A stretch of DNA of 64,000 bases from Candidatus Limnocylindrales bacterium. Its GTDB lineage: Bacteria; Chloroflexota; Limnocylindria; Limnocylindrales; CSP1-4. Shown piece after piece: positions 7,239 through 16,409 of this stretch; position 1 is the stretch's first letter, and every line of letters starts with the position of its first letter. The notes below the pieces were generated by a model that saw nothing but the letters and a program-made list of their open reading frames with translations, did no database searches and was not told the origin of the DNA. The position numbers were made by a program, and so were the translations under genes. Location: positions 364-64,363 of the forward strand of contig DATBFJ010000101.1 in NCBI GenBank assembly GCA_036558545.1. Direction: 5' to 3'.

Positions 7239-8492
7239 TCAGCCCGCGGCCGGTAACTCAAGTACAAACTGGCTGCCGCGCGGCGCTCGATCCTCGACGC
7301 GGAGTTCGCCCCTCATCGATCGAGCGAGATGACGGGCGGCGAAGAGTCCGATGCCCGCGCCGCGCGGCGAGTCATCCAACCGGACGAATGGTTCGAATAT
7401 TCGCTCGCGCCAGTCCGCGGGTATGCCCGGGCCGTCGTCCGTGATGGCCACGAAAGCGCGGTCGGCCTGGCGCCAGCCGTAGATATCGATGGTGCCGTCA
7501 AGAGGCGCGTACTTTGACGCGTTCTCGAGGAGATAGCCGAGCAGCCGGCGCACCTGGTCAGCATTGGCAAAGGCCAGCAACGGTCGACTCAGGAAATCCA
7601 CCGCGAGTTTGTGTCGGCGGAAAATCGGTGCCAGCTCCCTGGCCGTCTCGTCGACCGTCGCCGCGAGGTCCAGGGCAATGGTCGGCCCGGCGTCCGGCGT
7701 AAGGACGCGGAGGCTGGCGAGGATCGAATCAACCGTCTGGTCGAGGCGCTCGACCTGCTCCAGGGCGGACCGTTCCCATTGGGTCGCATCGGACGCCTCG
7801 GGATCCACCGCGTCGCGCCGACGCGCGGCACTACCCAGCAGCTCGACGTACGCACGCACGACGGCCAGCGGAGTTCGCAGGGCATGGGTTACGACCGCCA
7901 CCAGGTTGGCACGTGCCTCGTCGATCGCCCTCAGGCTCTCCACCTGTGCCTCGGCTTCACGCTGCAGTCGGTTGCGCTCGACGATGCCGGCCAGCAGCGC
8001 CGCCAGCGTTTCGAGGAACGAGACATCCCGCCGGGTGAACTCGCGCCGGCGCACGGTCTGAACGTTGAGCACGCCAACGACCGCGTCGTTCCAGATGAGC
8101 GGCACCGAGCACATCGACGTGAAGCGCGGTTCATCTACTCCGCGCACCCAATGGAAGCGACGATCGCGATGAACGTTGAGGCTGGTGGCTGGTTTGCGGG
8201 ACTGGGCAACGGTTCCGGTGATGCCCACACCCAGCGGCAGACGCGCGACGTTGATCTGCTCCGGGTCAAGGCCGTTCGTTGCGGCCAAAGTCACGCCCGT
8301 GCCATCGCGGTCCATCAGGTACAGCGAGCAGACCTCCGCCTGTGCCGCGGCCGTCGCTCGGTCGACGATCGTGCCCATCAGCTCGTCCCAGGTCCGGGCC
8401 GAGCCAGTCAGGCGAGCCACCTCGGCCAGGAACTCGAGCTCCTGGAGTCGTCGGCCGTCAGCTTCAGCCCGGCGGCCGCGCCCCTCGGCCAT
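7239..8492 (-). CDS. cytoplasmic GAF-domain sensor histidine kinase
   Basis: GAF (...CSLYLMDRDG...SVPLIWNDAVVGVLNV), H-box VTHALRTPLAVV, and HATPase N/G boxes (LLENASKYAP, DDGPGIP, GAGIGL). Start ATG 8492 lies 2 nt after the cvpA stop. The 695-aa track ORF is an over-extension. Confidence 0.9.
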   Translation of the reverse strand: MAEGRGRRAEADGRRLQELEFLAEVARLTGSARTWDELMGTIVDRATAAAQAEVCSLYLMDRDGTGVTLAATNGLDPEQINVARLPLGVGITGTVAQSRKPATSLNVHRDRRFHWVRGVDEPRFTSMCSVPLIWNDAVVGVLNVQTVRRREFTRRDVSFLETLAALLAGIVERNRLQREAEAQVESLRAIDEARANLVAVVTHALRTPLAVVRAYVELLGSAARRRDAVDPEASDATQWERSALEQVERLDQTVDSILASLRVLTPDAGPTIALDLAATVDETARELAPIFRRHKLAVDFLSRPLLAFANADQVRRLLGYLLENASKYAPLDGTIDIYGWRQADRAFVAITDDGPGIPADWRERIFEPFVRLDDSPRGAGIGLFAARHLARSMRGELRVEDRAPRGSQFVLELPAAG

Positions 8493-8494
8493 CG

Positions 8495-9127
8495 TCAGGG
8501 CTTGTGCGTCAAGAGCGGACCGCCAACCTGCCCGGGATTCCCGTTCAGGACAGGCCGAATACCCGGCAAGCCAGGCACGCCGCCGGGAATGAGGCCGCTG
8601 ATGTCCTTGGGCAGCAGTGGCCCAAGGATCGCCAGCACGATCGGGACGGTCGTCTGGCGCAGCAGCTGGACCGTGTAGGACTCGTTGAAGGAGCCGACCA
8701 GGCTCGACAGGATGCCCAGGCCGGGGGTCTCGCCGGGCACCTGGCCGTTGGCGAAATAAGTATCGAAGATGACGACGAGGATCGAAAGGATAAGCACGCC
8801 CTCGATAAAGCCGAAGATGGCACCGAGCGCCTTGTCGAATTCGCGCGTGATGCCGGTCATGTGCCTGTCCTTCAGAAAGGGATAGGCAACCACGTGGATG
8901 ACGCCGAGGATGATCGGGAAGGCGAAGGCGTAGCCGAGCAGCTCGGCGTAATCGGCCGGCATGCTCGGGAACAGGCCGTTGATCAGATCGCCAAGCGGCA
9001 CGCGCAGATATGCGCCCGCGACGAACGATATGGCAGCGAAGGCCAAACCGGCCAAGCGGTGCAGAAACCCGGTGCGCCAACCGCCGAAGGTCAGTCCGGC
9101 GACGAACCCCACGAGAATGAGGTCCAT
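8495..9127 (-). CDS. CvpA-family membrane protein
   Basis: MDLILVGFVAGLTFGGWRTGFLHRL... and four TM segments, typical of the colicin V production protein family. Confidence 0.8.
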   Translation of the reverse strand: MDLILVGFVAGLTFGGWRTGFLHRLAGLAFAAISFVAGAYLRVPLGDLINGLFPSMPADYAELLGYAFAFPIILGVIHVVAYPFLKDRHMTGITREFDKALGAIFGFIEGVLILSILVVIFDTYFANGQVPGETPGLGILSSLVGSFNESYTVQLLRQTTVPIVLAILGPLLPKDISGLIPGGVPGLPGIRPVLNGNPGQVGGPLLTHKP

Positions 9128-9255
9128 GTGCCCCTCCAGTCACGGCCGCGGCGAGTCCATAACGGCACGGCCGTTGAGCGGATGATGCCAGAACTGTCCG
9201 TGTTCGCAGCACAGCTTGCGCGCGTATCCTCTGATTGACAGCCGGAGGTTTTGAG

Positions 9256-10440
9256 ATGGCGGATACGCTGATCAAGTCGGACGTTGAGCAGGGCGCAGCG
9301 AACCAGACGGGCGCGCATATCAACAAGAACGCTTATGCCGAGGCCAAGGATTTCCTGCCCATCAAGGGCATCGACTACGTCGAATTCTGGGTCGGCAACG
9401 CCCGCCAGGCATCGGCGTACTACCGCGCTCTGTGGGGCTTCACGCCGGTGGCGTTTTCAGGTCTGGAGACCAAGGTGCGTGATCGCGCCTCGTATCTGAT
9501 GGTCGAGAACGACATCCGGTTTGTCTTCACGGCTCCACTGACACCAAACGGCGAGATCGCCGAGCACGTCCATCAGCACGGCGATGGCGTCAAGGACATT
9601 GCCTTCCTGGTCGACGATGTCGAGAGCGCATGGCGCGAGACGACGACGCGCGGAGCGGTGTCAGTGCTCGAGCCGGTCGAGCTCGACGGAGGCGATGACG
9701 GCATCCTGCGCAAGTCCGCCGTGCGCACGTATGGCGAGGTCATCCACTCCTTCATCGATCGCCGCGATTACCACGGCGTGTTCGCTCCCGGCTATCGCAA
9801 AATCAAGAATCCGGCCGCTGCCGCCACCGGTCTCTCGCTGCTGGAGATCGACCACTGCGTGGGCAACGTGGAGCTCGGCGACATGAATAAGTTCGTCGAG
9901 TACTACCGAGATGTCTTTGGCTTCTCGCAGCTCATCCATTACGACGACAAGGTCATCCACACCGAGTACTCGGCGCTGATGTCCAAGGTCATGACGAATG
10001 GCAACGGACGGATCAAGTTCCCGATCAATGAGCCGGCGTCGGGCAAGAAGAAGAGCCAGATCCAGGAGTTCCTGGACTGGTATCTCGATGCCGGTACGCA
10101 ACACGTTGCCCTGCGGACCGAAGACATCGTCGGCACGGTCCGCCAGCTGCGCGATAACGGCATCGAATTCCTGGGCATGCCGCACGAGTACTACGCGGAG
10201 CTGCCAGCGCGCGTCGGTGATGTGGGCGTGCCGATAGACGTCCTCGAGGAGCTCGGCATCGAGGCTGACCGGGACGAAGAAGGCTACCTGCTCCAGATCT
10301 TCACGCGACCCGTCCAGGACAGGCCAACGTTCTTTTTCGAGATCATCGAGCGCCACGGCTCACGCGGTTTCGGAGTGGGCAACTTCAAGGCTCTGTTCGA
10401 GGCAATCGAGCGCGAGCAAGCGAAGCGCGGCAACCTCTAG
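9256..10440 (+). CDS. hppD: 4-hydroxyphenylpyruvate dioxygenase
   Basis: GIDYVEFWVGNARQASAYY...HVALRTEDI...FFFEIIERHGSRGFGVGNFKALFEAIEREQ. ATG 9256 has GGAGG 8 nt upstream. Confidence 0.93.
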   Translation: MADTLIKSDVEQGAANQTGAHINKNAYAEAKDFLPIKGIDYVEFWVGNARQASAYYRALWGFTPVAFSGLETKVRDRASYLMVENDIRFVFTAPLTPNGEIAEHVHQHGDGVKDIAFLVDDVESAWRETTTRGAVSVLEPVELDGGDDGILRKSAVRTYGEVIHSFIDRRDYHGVFAPGYRKIKNPAAAATGLSLLEIDHCVGNVELGDMNKFVEYYRDVFGFSQLIHYDDKVIHTEYSALMSKVMTNGNGRIKFPINEPASGKKKSQIQEFLDWYLDAGTQHVALRTEDIVGTVRQLRDNGIEFLGMPHEYYAELPARVGDVGVPIDVLEELGIEADRDEEGYLLQIFTRPVQDRPTFFFEIIERHGSRGFGVGNFKALFEAIEREQAKRGNL

Positions 10441-10443
10441 CGA

Positions 10444-10749
10444 ATGGCGTCCGTAGCGGATCTCGTTGACGAGGCGGCGCTACACAAGCTCGCCGGCGAT
10501 TCCGGGACCTGGGAAGGTGGACTGGAACTCGCCGGGACCGGCGCGGTCCGCCTGACATCGTTCGAGCCACTGAGCGTTCTGGCCGAGGTCGACGATGGCG
10601 GAGGAATTGCGGAAGTCGAGCTGACGTCATTGGGCGATGAGCTGTTCTGGACTTGCACGTGTCCCGACGGCGTCGAGGGCCGGCCGTGCCGCCACTTCGT
10701 CGCGGCTGCGCACGTCGCCTGGGAGAAGGCGCCGACTCGGCCCGGCTAG
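10444..10749 (+). CDS. small SWIM zinc-finger protein
   Basis: WTCTCPDGVEGRPCRH fits the CxCxnCxH SWIM signature. It starts 3 nt after the hppD stop. Confidence 0.6.
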   Translation: MASVADLVDEAALHKLAGDSGTWEGGLELAGTGAVRLTSFEPLSVLAEVDDGGGIAEVELTSLGDELFWTCTCPDGVEGRPCRHFVAAAHVAWEKAPTRPG

Positions 10750-10846
10750 GCCACCGCCTGAAGGCCATTTCCCGCTATTTCCACCAATACCACCGTTACG
10801 CGGACGCGCGCGAGGGCTCATCCCGTATTTCGACTGTCCGTGCGAA

Positions 10847-11587
10847 TTAGACAGTCCGGCGCGCTTGCGACGACCGCCGTACGCGCCTTCGTGCCCACGG
10901 ACTCCGCGCACCTGTGCCATTTGTCGAGTTAGCCCAGAAACTCAAGGCTCGAATGGGCCCATTGGGCTGACGGAGCCATCGGCGCATTGCCCGACCATCG
11001 GCCGGAAAGGCGACGCGCAACGCCGTCCGGTGTTGGCCAACGCGTCGCCTGTTCATGTCCGAATCGGCGACAACGATCCAGGCGCTGACCGAGCTTGCGC
11101 TCCAACCTCTTGAGCGTCCAATTTCAAGAGCGTGGCGCATTCGAACGTCCATCGTGCCCAGCAAATCCTCGAGCGACACAAGCTCGGTCTTCAGTTCTAT
11201 GACCAGAAGCGAACGGCTGGGCTCGTGGAACGCCAGGATGTCGATGATTCCGCGTTCGCCGTAGATGGCAAACGAGACCTCCGCAGCATGCCGCCAGCCG
11301 GGCAGCTGTGTGAGCTGTCGAGCCAACGCTTCGTGCAACGCCGCGTGGTCGGCATTCAGGATCCTCTCGAGCTCTCCGTGTGTCAGTCGGAGAGAGAAGC
11401 TCACATACGTTTCGAGCGCTCTCGAGACCTGTCGAATTGACCTGACCGAAACACGTTCGAGCTGGCCGCGTTCGATCAGGGAGACGACCGACGGCGAAAT
11501 GCGCGCTCGCTTCGCCACATCCACCTGGCGCCATCCGTGGCGAATGCGCACGGCCCGCAAGGCGGCGCCGAGCCTTTGATCCTCCAT
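10847..11587 (-). CDS. XRE-type HTH protein fused to a PD-(D/E)xK nuclease-like domain
   Basis: N-terminus LRAVRIRHGWRQVDVAKRARISPSVVSLIERG (HTH_XRE). Centre GIIDILAF...LLVIELKT matches a D...ExK nuclease core. Confidence 0.65.
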   Translation of the reverse strand: MEDQRLGAALRAVRIRHGWRQVDVAKRARISPSVVSLIERGQLERVSVRSIRQVSRALETYVSFSLRLTHGELERILNADHAALHEALARQLTQLPGWRHAAEVSFAIYGERGIIDILAFHEPSRSLLVIELKTELVSLEDLLGTMDVRMRHALEIGRSRGWSASSVSAWIVVADSDMNRRRVGQHRTALRVAFPADGRAMRRWLRQPNGPIRALSFWANSTNGTGARSPWARRRVRRSSQARRTV

Positions 11588-11673
11588 GCGAGCGACGATG
11601 AACCGCCGCGATTACCTGGCACTTATTGCAGGCTTTGCGCAGTTTTTTGCCATTTGAGGCGGCCCGCTGAAGC

Positions 11674-11701
11674 GACCCCGCGAGGCAAGCCTCGCGGGGT
11701 C
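11674..11701 (-). terminator. GC-rich hairpin downstream of the Ddn-family gene
   Basis: GACCCCGCGAGG-CAAG-CCTCGCGGGGTC, a perfect 12-bp stem, 46 nt after the stop at 11747 on the minus strand. There is no clear U tract. Confidence 0.45.
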
Positions 11702-11746
11702 GGGTGGGCAGCTGGCTGATGCGCCTGCGGTCAGGCGCGCGAGGTG

Positions 11747-12169
11747 TCAGGCGGCGACCGAGCTCGCTACGCGCTCGAGCACTACGACGGGGATGATCCG
11801 ATCGGTCTTCTGCTCGTAGTCGTGGAAGCCAGGCATGACGTCCGCGTGCTGGCCGTACAGCCGGTCACGCTCGGCGCCCTGAGGCAGCGGCGTGGCGTGT
11901 GCCACGAAGCGCTCGTCACCGATCTCGACCTCAACGTCGGGGTTGGCGACGACGTTGCGGTACCAGTCGGGATTCGTCGGCGAACCGCCTTTCGACGCAG
12001 CCACAACGATCTTGTCGCCGTCGCGCGTGAAGGCCAGTGGATAAGTTCGCGGTGTGCCGCTCTTGGCACCCTTTACAGTCAGCAGTAGAAGCCTGTCGCC
12101 AAAGTTCGGAATGTTCTTGCCGCCCCTGGCGCGAAACTCGTCAATGATCTTGGTGTTCCAGTCGCTCAT
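11747..12169 (-). CDS. F420H2-dependent nitroreductase/deazaflavin-dependent oxidoreductase (Ddn family)
   Basis: MSDWNTKIIDEFRARGGK...LLLLTVKGAKSGTPRTYPL...GSPTNPDWYRNVVANPDVEVE. Start ATG 12169. The upstream part of the track ORF was discarded. Confidence 0.85.
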   Translation of the reverse strand: MSDWNTKIIDEFRARGGKNIPNFGDRLLLLTVKGAKSGTPRTYPLAFTRDGDKIVVAASKGGSPTNPDWYRNVVANPDVEVEIGDERFVAHATPLPQGAERDRLYGQHADVMPGFHDYEQKTDRIIPVVVLERVASSVAA

Positions 12170-12190
12170 TGCAATACAATACAGCAACGT

Positions 12191-12850
12191 ATGGGAACCC
12201 ACCTGGAACGCGACGAGCAGGACGAGCGCGAAAACCTGAGTCTCAACTGCGCTGCCGTGCGCGGCCGCCGGCGTGACGCCGCGATCGACGCACGAATTCT
12301 GGCCGCCGCGCGGCGCCAGCTTTCTTGTCTTGGGTACGAAGGCATGTCCTTGGCAGCCGTCGCAGAGGAAGCGTGCACCACGCGCCAGGCGCTCTACCGC
12401 CGCTGGCCTGACAAGGCACAGCTCGCCGCGGAGGCGATCGCCGTGACCGTTCCGCTCGACGCGCTGCGAGTGAGCTCCGACCCGAGAGCCGATCTCGAAC
12501 GCGAGCTTGATGACTTCCAACGAGCGATGACCGCGCCGAGCCATGCGTCGCTCGCGGGCACGATGCTCCAGGACGCGACAGATCCGAGATCCCGCGAGCA
12601 GTACCGCCTCCATGTCATCGCGCCGCGTCTCGAGCGAATTCGGGCCATCCTGGAACACGCCCGAGATATGGGGCTGCTGGCCACGGATGCGGACATCGAA
12701 ATCGCCCTGACGCTACCTACCGGCGGCTGGTACGAACGTCAGCTGGCCTGTCTCGACGCTCCGGACGATTGGTCGAGCCGCACCGCCGGCCTGGTTTGGC
12801 GCGCGTTAGGCGGTCAGGCGGCTGGGCACGATCTCCCAGTGCAGCCCTAG
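12191..12850 (+). CDS. TetR-family transcriptional regulator
   Basis: RRRDAAIDARILAAARRQLSCLGYEGMSLAAVAEEACTTRQALYRRWPDK. The start is uncertain: ATG 12191 lies only 21 nt from the divergent gene, and GTG 12257 (MRGRRRD...) is an alternative. Confidence 0.8.
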   Translation: MGTHLERDEQDERENLSLNCAAVRGRRRDAAIDARILAAARRQLSCLGYEGMSLAAVAEEACTTRQALYRRWPDKAQLAAEAIAVTVPLDALRVSSDPRADLERELDDFQRAMTAPSHASLAGTMLQDATDPRSREQYRLHVIAPRLERIRAILEHARDMGLLATDADIEIALTLPTGGWYERQLACLDAPDDWSSRTAGLVWRALGGQAAGHDLPVQP

Positions 12851-13582
12851 CGCTTCGACTGAACGGGGCACGCTTCCCGCTCGCAACACGACCGTCGAGG
12901 ATCGTCGGCCGCGCTGCGGCATGAGTCGAAGAGCTTGATCGCCGACCGACGCGTCGCGCGCCCCACCACCGCTCAGCGACGGCCGAAACTGGATACCAAA
13001 GTCGCGCAGCAGGCGCATCGATGCGCGGGCCACGTCCGGGACACCAAGCTCCACACGAATCAACCGAACGCGACCCAGGCCGGGCGCCTCGGCGGCGGCA
13101 CGAGTGTCGCGGTCCACAGGGCTCCATTCGACAGACGTCGAATCATGTTCGATGACGAACATCAAACCCATGTCCGCGTCGATTTCGGGCGGCCGCGCCG
13201 ATCGCCAGCGCACGACCTCGTCGTCCGGCCTGCGCCTTTCGCCGCTGGTCGGTGCCCCCAGGGATGATCCCGCCGCTTTCAGCCGGACGCTGTCGGAGTC
13301 GAGATCGTCGGCCGCGAAGACGACACCGGCCAGCCCTCCCCCGCGGTTAATCACCGCCTGTATGTGCGCCCCCCACCACGACTCGGCCGCAATAGCGGCA
13401 TCAAAGACGCCCATCAGCTCGACGTAGCTGTCGCCCAGCCAGAACAACCGGTTGTACGTGCCGTGTGCCTCGTGCCGACCGCCGTCGCCGGCGTGCAACC
13501 CGAGCTCGTCGCGCAATGTGTCGGCGGCCGCGTCGGGATCCTTCACCGCGACGATGACGTGGTCGATGCCTGTCAGCACCAC
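12806..13582 (-). CDS. VOC/glyoxalase-like family protein (two-domain)
   Basis: GIDHVIVAVKDPDAAADTL...GTYNRLFWLGDSYVELMGV typical of the glyoxalase-like domain. GTG start. Confidence 0.7.
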   Translation of the reverse strand: MVLTGIDHVIVAVKDPDAAADTLRDELGLHAGDGGRHEAHGTYNRLFWLGDSYVELMGVFDAAIAAESWWGAHIQAVINRGGGLAGVVFAADDLDSDSVRLKAAGSSLGAPTSGERRRPDDEVVRWRSARPPEIDADMGLMFVIEHDSTSVEWSPVDRDTRAAAEAPGLGRVRLIRVELGVPDVARASMRLLRDFGIQFRPSLSGGGARDASVGDQALRLMPQRGRRSSTVVLRAGSVPRSVEALGLHWEIVPSRLTA

Positions 13583-13625
13583 CTCAGGTTAGGCGCCGTG
13601 ACGTGCTCACACTAGACTCGCCTGA

Positions 13626-14645
13626 ATGAAGATCGCCCACGCACGTGAACGCCACGCGCCAGCCGGGGCACCTTTTCGGCTTCACGCCGCGCTCGACACG
13701 GGGGCCGCGCAATGGGTCGACCTCGACACGGCTCGCCGCCGAGCAGCGCGCGCCGATGAGCGCCTGGCGCACAACTCCGTTCTTTTCCGGCAGCCGATTA
13801 CGACGCTCGACGACCATCTGGCCCGCGGACTCCGCGTTGAGGCGCTGGCCGAGCTGATCGAGTCATTCCAGCCAGACGACGCGGACGATGATGCGGTCGC
13901 CGCAGCCACCGACCTGACGTTCGGGCCGCCGATCCTCCGGCCCGCCAGCCTGCGCGACTTCTACGCTTTCGAACAACATGTCGCGACGATGTGGCGCCGA
14001 CGCGACATGCCCGTGCCTGAAGCCTGGTACCGACTGCCGATCTTCTACTTTTCGAACGTTTCCGAGATCCGCGGCCCGAAAGATCCGGTGTGGGCGCCCG
14101 ACTCGTCGCGCGAGCTCGACTACGAGCTCGAGATCGCCGCGCTGATAGATACCCCGGTCAAGGACCTGCCCGCGGAGCGCGGCGAGGAAGCAATCGGCGG
14201 CTATTTCGTGATGAATGACTGGTCGGCCCGTGATCTCCAGCGCGACGAGACGACGGTCAGACTGGGCCCGGCCAAGGGCAAGGACTTTGCGACGACCATC
14301 GGGCCATACCTGGTCACGCCCGACGAGCTCGCTTCGGCTCGCGCGGGCCACGGATACGACCTCGCCGTCACTGCCACGGTCAACGGCCAGGTCATCTCCC
14401 GCGGCAACTGGCGCGAAATCCATTTCGGCTTTGGCGAGATGGTCGCTCGCGCGTCGGCAGACGTGCAGTTGCGCGCGAGCGACGTGCTCGGCTCCGGGAC
14501 AGTTGGCGGATGTTGCCTGCTGGAGGTCAAGGACGATTCGGGGTTCGGTCGGTACCTCGAACCAGGCGACCAGGTCAGCCTGAAAGTCGATCGCCTTGGC
14601 GAGCTGGCCTCGCCCGTTGTCGAGCGTCCTCCGTCAGGTGGTTGA
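13626..14645 (+). CDS. fumarylacetoacetate hydrolase family protein (candidate fumarylacetoacetase of the homogentisate pathway)
   Basis: ...LDYELEIAALI...GGYFVMNDWSARDLQ...LGPAKGKDFATTIGPYLVTPDEL...GSGTVGGCCLLE FAH-fold motifs. Confidence 0.8.
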   Translation: MKIAHARERHAPAGAPFRLHAALDTGAAQWVDLDTARRRAARADERLAHNSVLFRQPITTLDDHLARGLRVEALAELIESFQPDDADDDAVAAATDLTFGPPILRPASLRDFYAFEQHVATMWRRRDMPVPEAWYRLPIFYFSNVSEIRGPKDPVWAPDSSRELDYELEIAALIDTPVKDLPAERGEEAIGGYFVMNDWSARDLQRDETTVRLGPAKGKDFATTIGPYLVTPDELASARAGHGYDLAVTATVNGQVISRGNWREIHFGFGEMVARASADVQLRASDVLGSGTVGGCCLLEVKDDSGFGRYLEPGDQVSLKVDRLGELASPVVERPPSGG

Positions 14646-15216
14646 AGGTGCCCGCCAGCGCATGATCGAAAGCGCGGTGATCCTGCTGGCCAAGCAGGGC
14701 TACCGGGCGACTTCTTTCGACGCAGTCCTGACTGCCTCCGGAGCCTCGCGCGGATCGATCTACCACCACTTCCCGGGTGGTAAGGATGAGCTCATCGCGG
14801 CAGCAATGGATCTGGCCGGCCAGCGGGCGATCCTGGTCCTGGACAAATTCGAGGGCCAGAGCCCGCCCGCGGTGGTCGATGGTTTCATGGCCATGTGGCG
14901 GACCGTTCTCGATCGATCTGCCTTCTCAGCTGGCTGCTCTGTGCTGGCCGTGACGGTCAGTGCCGAAACGCCCGAGCTCCGTGACAGAGCGGGCGAGATA
15001 TTCAGGGCGTGGCGCAGTCGTCTCGCCGAGCTCTTCGTCGCAGGGGGGCTCGCGCCCAATTCGGCTCGCGCGTTCGCCACGACGGTCGTTGCCGCGTCTG
15101 AAGGGGCGGTAGCCCAAAGCCGGGCGGAGCGCCGCTACGAGCCATTCGACGAAGTGAGAGATCAGCTCCATGACTTTGCAGCGGGACTGGTCCGCGCCGC
15201 TGAGGGTGGACTATGA
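14638..15216 (+). CDS. TetR-family transcriptional regulator
   Basis: ARQRMIESAVILLAKQGYRATSFDAVLTASGASRGSIYHHFPGGKDEL. The start is uncertain: GTG 14638 overlaps the FAH stop, and the track lists TTG 14596. Confidence 0.8.
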   Translation: MVEGARQRMIESAVILLAKQGYRATSFDAVLTASGASRGSIYHHFPGGKDELIAAAMDLAGQRAILVLDKFEGQSPPAVVDGFMAMWRTVLDRSAFSAGCSVLAVTVSAETPELRDRAGEIFRAWRSRLAELFVAGGLAPNSARAFATTVVAASEGAVAQSRAERRYEPFDEVRDQLHDFAAGLVRAAEGGL

Positions 15217-15259
15217 TGGTCGTCATAGTCACCACTCGCGACCATCCCAGGAGACTGCC

Positions 15260-15685
15260 ATGCCCATGATCGACGTCTATGCCAAGCAGGGAACCTTTGC
15301 CGACCGCCGCGAGCTCGCTCAGCAGCTCGCTGCCGCGCTGATGACGATCGAACAGGTACCTGATATCCCCATGTTCCGTCAAAACACGGCGGCGTTCGTC
15401 CACGAAATGCCCGGCATTGCAATCTCAAACGTCGACGGCGACGACAACTATGTTCGCGTCCAGGTCCTGACCAATGCCGGTGCTCTTGATCGAGATAAGC
15501 AGCTCGCCACCGTAGCCAGGTTCACGGACATCATTGCGGCGGCGGGTCGGGACGAGTCACTGAGGCAACGTACCTGGGTCTTGCTGACCGAAGCGGTCGA
15601 GGGCGGATGGGGGCTGGAAGGCCACGCCAACACCAACGCCGATCTGATTGCGACAGCGCGAGCCAGGATCGCGGCCGCTGGCTAA
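15260..15685 (+). CDS. tautomerase-family protein (4-OT-like, Pro1)
   Basis: MPMIDVYAKQGTF... has Pro right after the initiator Met. GGAG lies 7 nt upstream of ATG 15260. Confidence 0.7.
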   Translation: MPMIDVYAKQGTFADRRELAQQLAAALMTIEQVPDIPMFRQNTAAFVHEMPGIAISNVDGDDNYVRVQVLTNAGALDRDKQLATVARFTDIIAAAGRDESLRQRTWVLLTEAVEGGWGLEGHANTNADLIATARARIAAAG

Positions 15686-15695
15686 GAGCCCTTGC

Positions 15696-16295
15696 TCAGG
15701 GCACCGACCAGGTCGCCTGATCGGCGCTCACCTGGCCGAGGAATAGCTCGGCACCCCCGACCCTGATGCCGACCTGCTTCAACGACTCGCCGTTGGGCAC
15801 CACAAACGCCTTGCAGTTCGTATACGGCTGGCCCTGGACCGCGTCGATCTCCTCTGGGTTATTGGTGCAGCCCTGGAAATCACCGATGGGGGTCGAGACG
15901 CCGTGGTAGTCCTGATCGGTTGTTAGCAAGCTGCCGTCAGAGCTCGTGGCGTCGAGTATCGACTGCTGTCCCGCAAGATCCGTGTCGTTGTTTACGATGA
16001 TCATCTCCACGCCAACCCAATGCGCGCCTGAAGGTCGCGACGTATTTGCGTCGGTGGGAGTGGCCGGGTCGAAGATCTTGGCGAGAGTCGCGTCGATCTC
16101 GGCGCGATCAAAAGAAGCGAACCTGAGAGTGTCGCCCACGTGGCCCGTGGCTGGCGGCAGTGCCGATCCGGCGGTTGGAAGCCCGGGAATCGCGATCGGC
16201 GGGATGGTTGGCGCGACGGGACTGCCGCTGCAGGCTGCTGTAAACAGGGCAATGGCGACGGCAAGAAAAGCCCTCGAGGGGCGAACGGCGAACAT
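15696..16295 (-). CDS. lipoprotein (DUF4352-like Ig-fold candidate)
   Basis: MFAVRPSRAFLAVAIALFTAACSG has a lipobox (FTAAC). GGAG lies upstream of ATG 16295. The rest of the 431-aa track ORF is antisense read-through of hmgA. Confidence 0.7.
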   Translation of the reverse strand: MFAVRPSRAFLAVAIALFTAACSGSPVAPTIPPIAIPGLPTAGSALPPATGHVGDTLRFASFDRAEIDATLAKIFDPATPTDANTSRPSGAHWVGVEMIIVNNDTDLAGQQSILDATSSDGSLLTTDQDYHGVSTPIGDFQGCTNNPEEIDAVQGQPYTNCKAFVVPNGESLKQVGIRVGGAELFLGQVSADQATWSVP

Positions 16296-16409
16296 CGGAT
16301 CTCCTTGAGGAATCTGGTTCGCCGATCGTCGTCTCGGGCAGTTGCAATCCGGTTGCACGACGCGGTCGACCCACGCAACGTTGGCGCGTCTCGCGCTACG
16401 CTTGCCGGA

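Noticed and set aside
13598-13611. CRP-like half-sites GTGA-CGTGC-TCACA between the VOC and FAH genes
   Set aside because: The spacer is 5 nt rather than the 6 nt required by CRP/FNR-type dimers, and the left half lacks the leading T. It is probably fortuitous.
16341-16358. Short dyad TGCAA-TCCGG-TTGCA upstream of hmgA
   Set aside because: The arms are only 5 bp and the surrounding symmetry breaks down. This is too weak to call an operator without comparative data.
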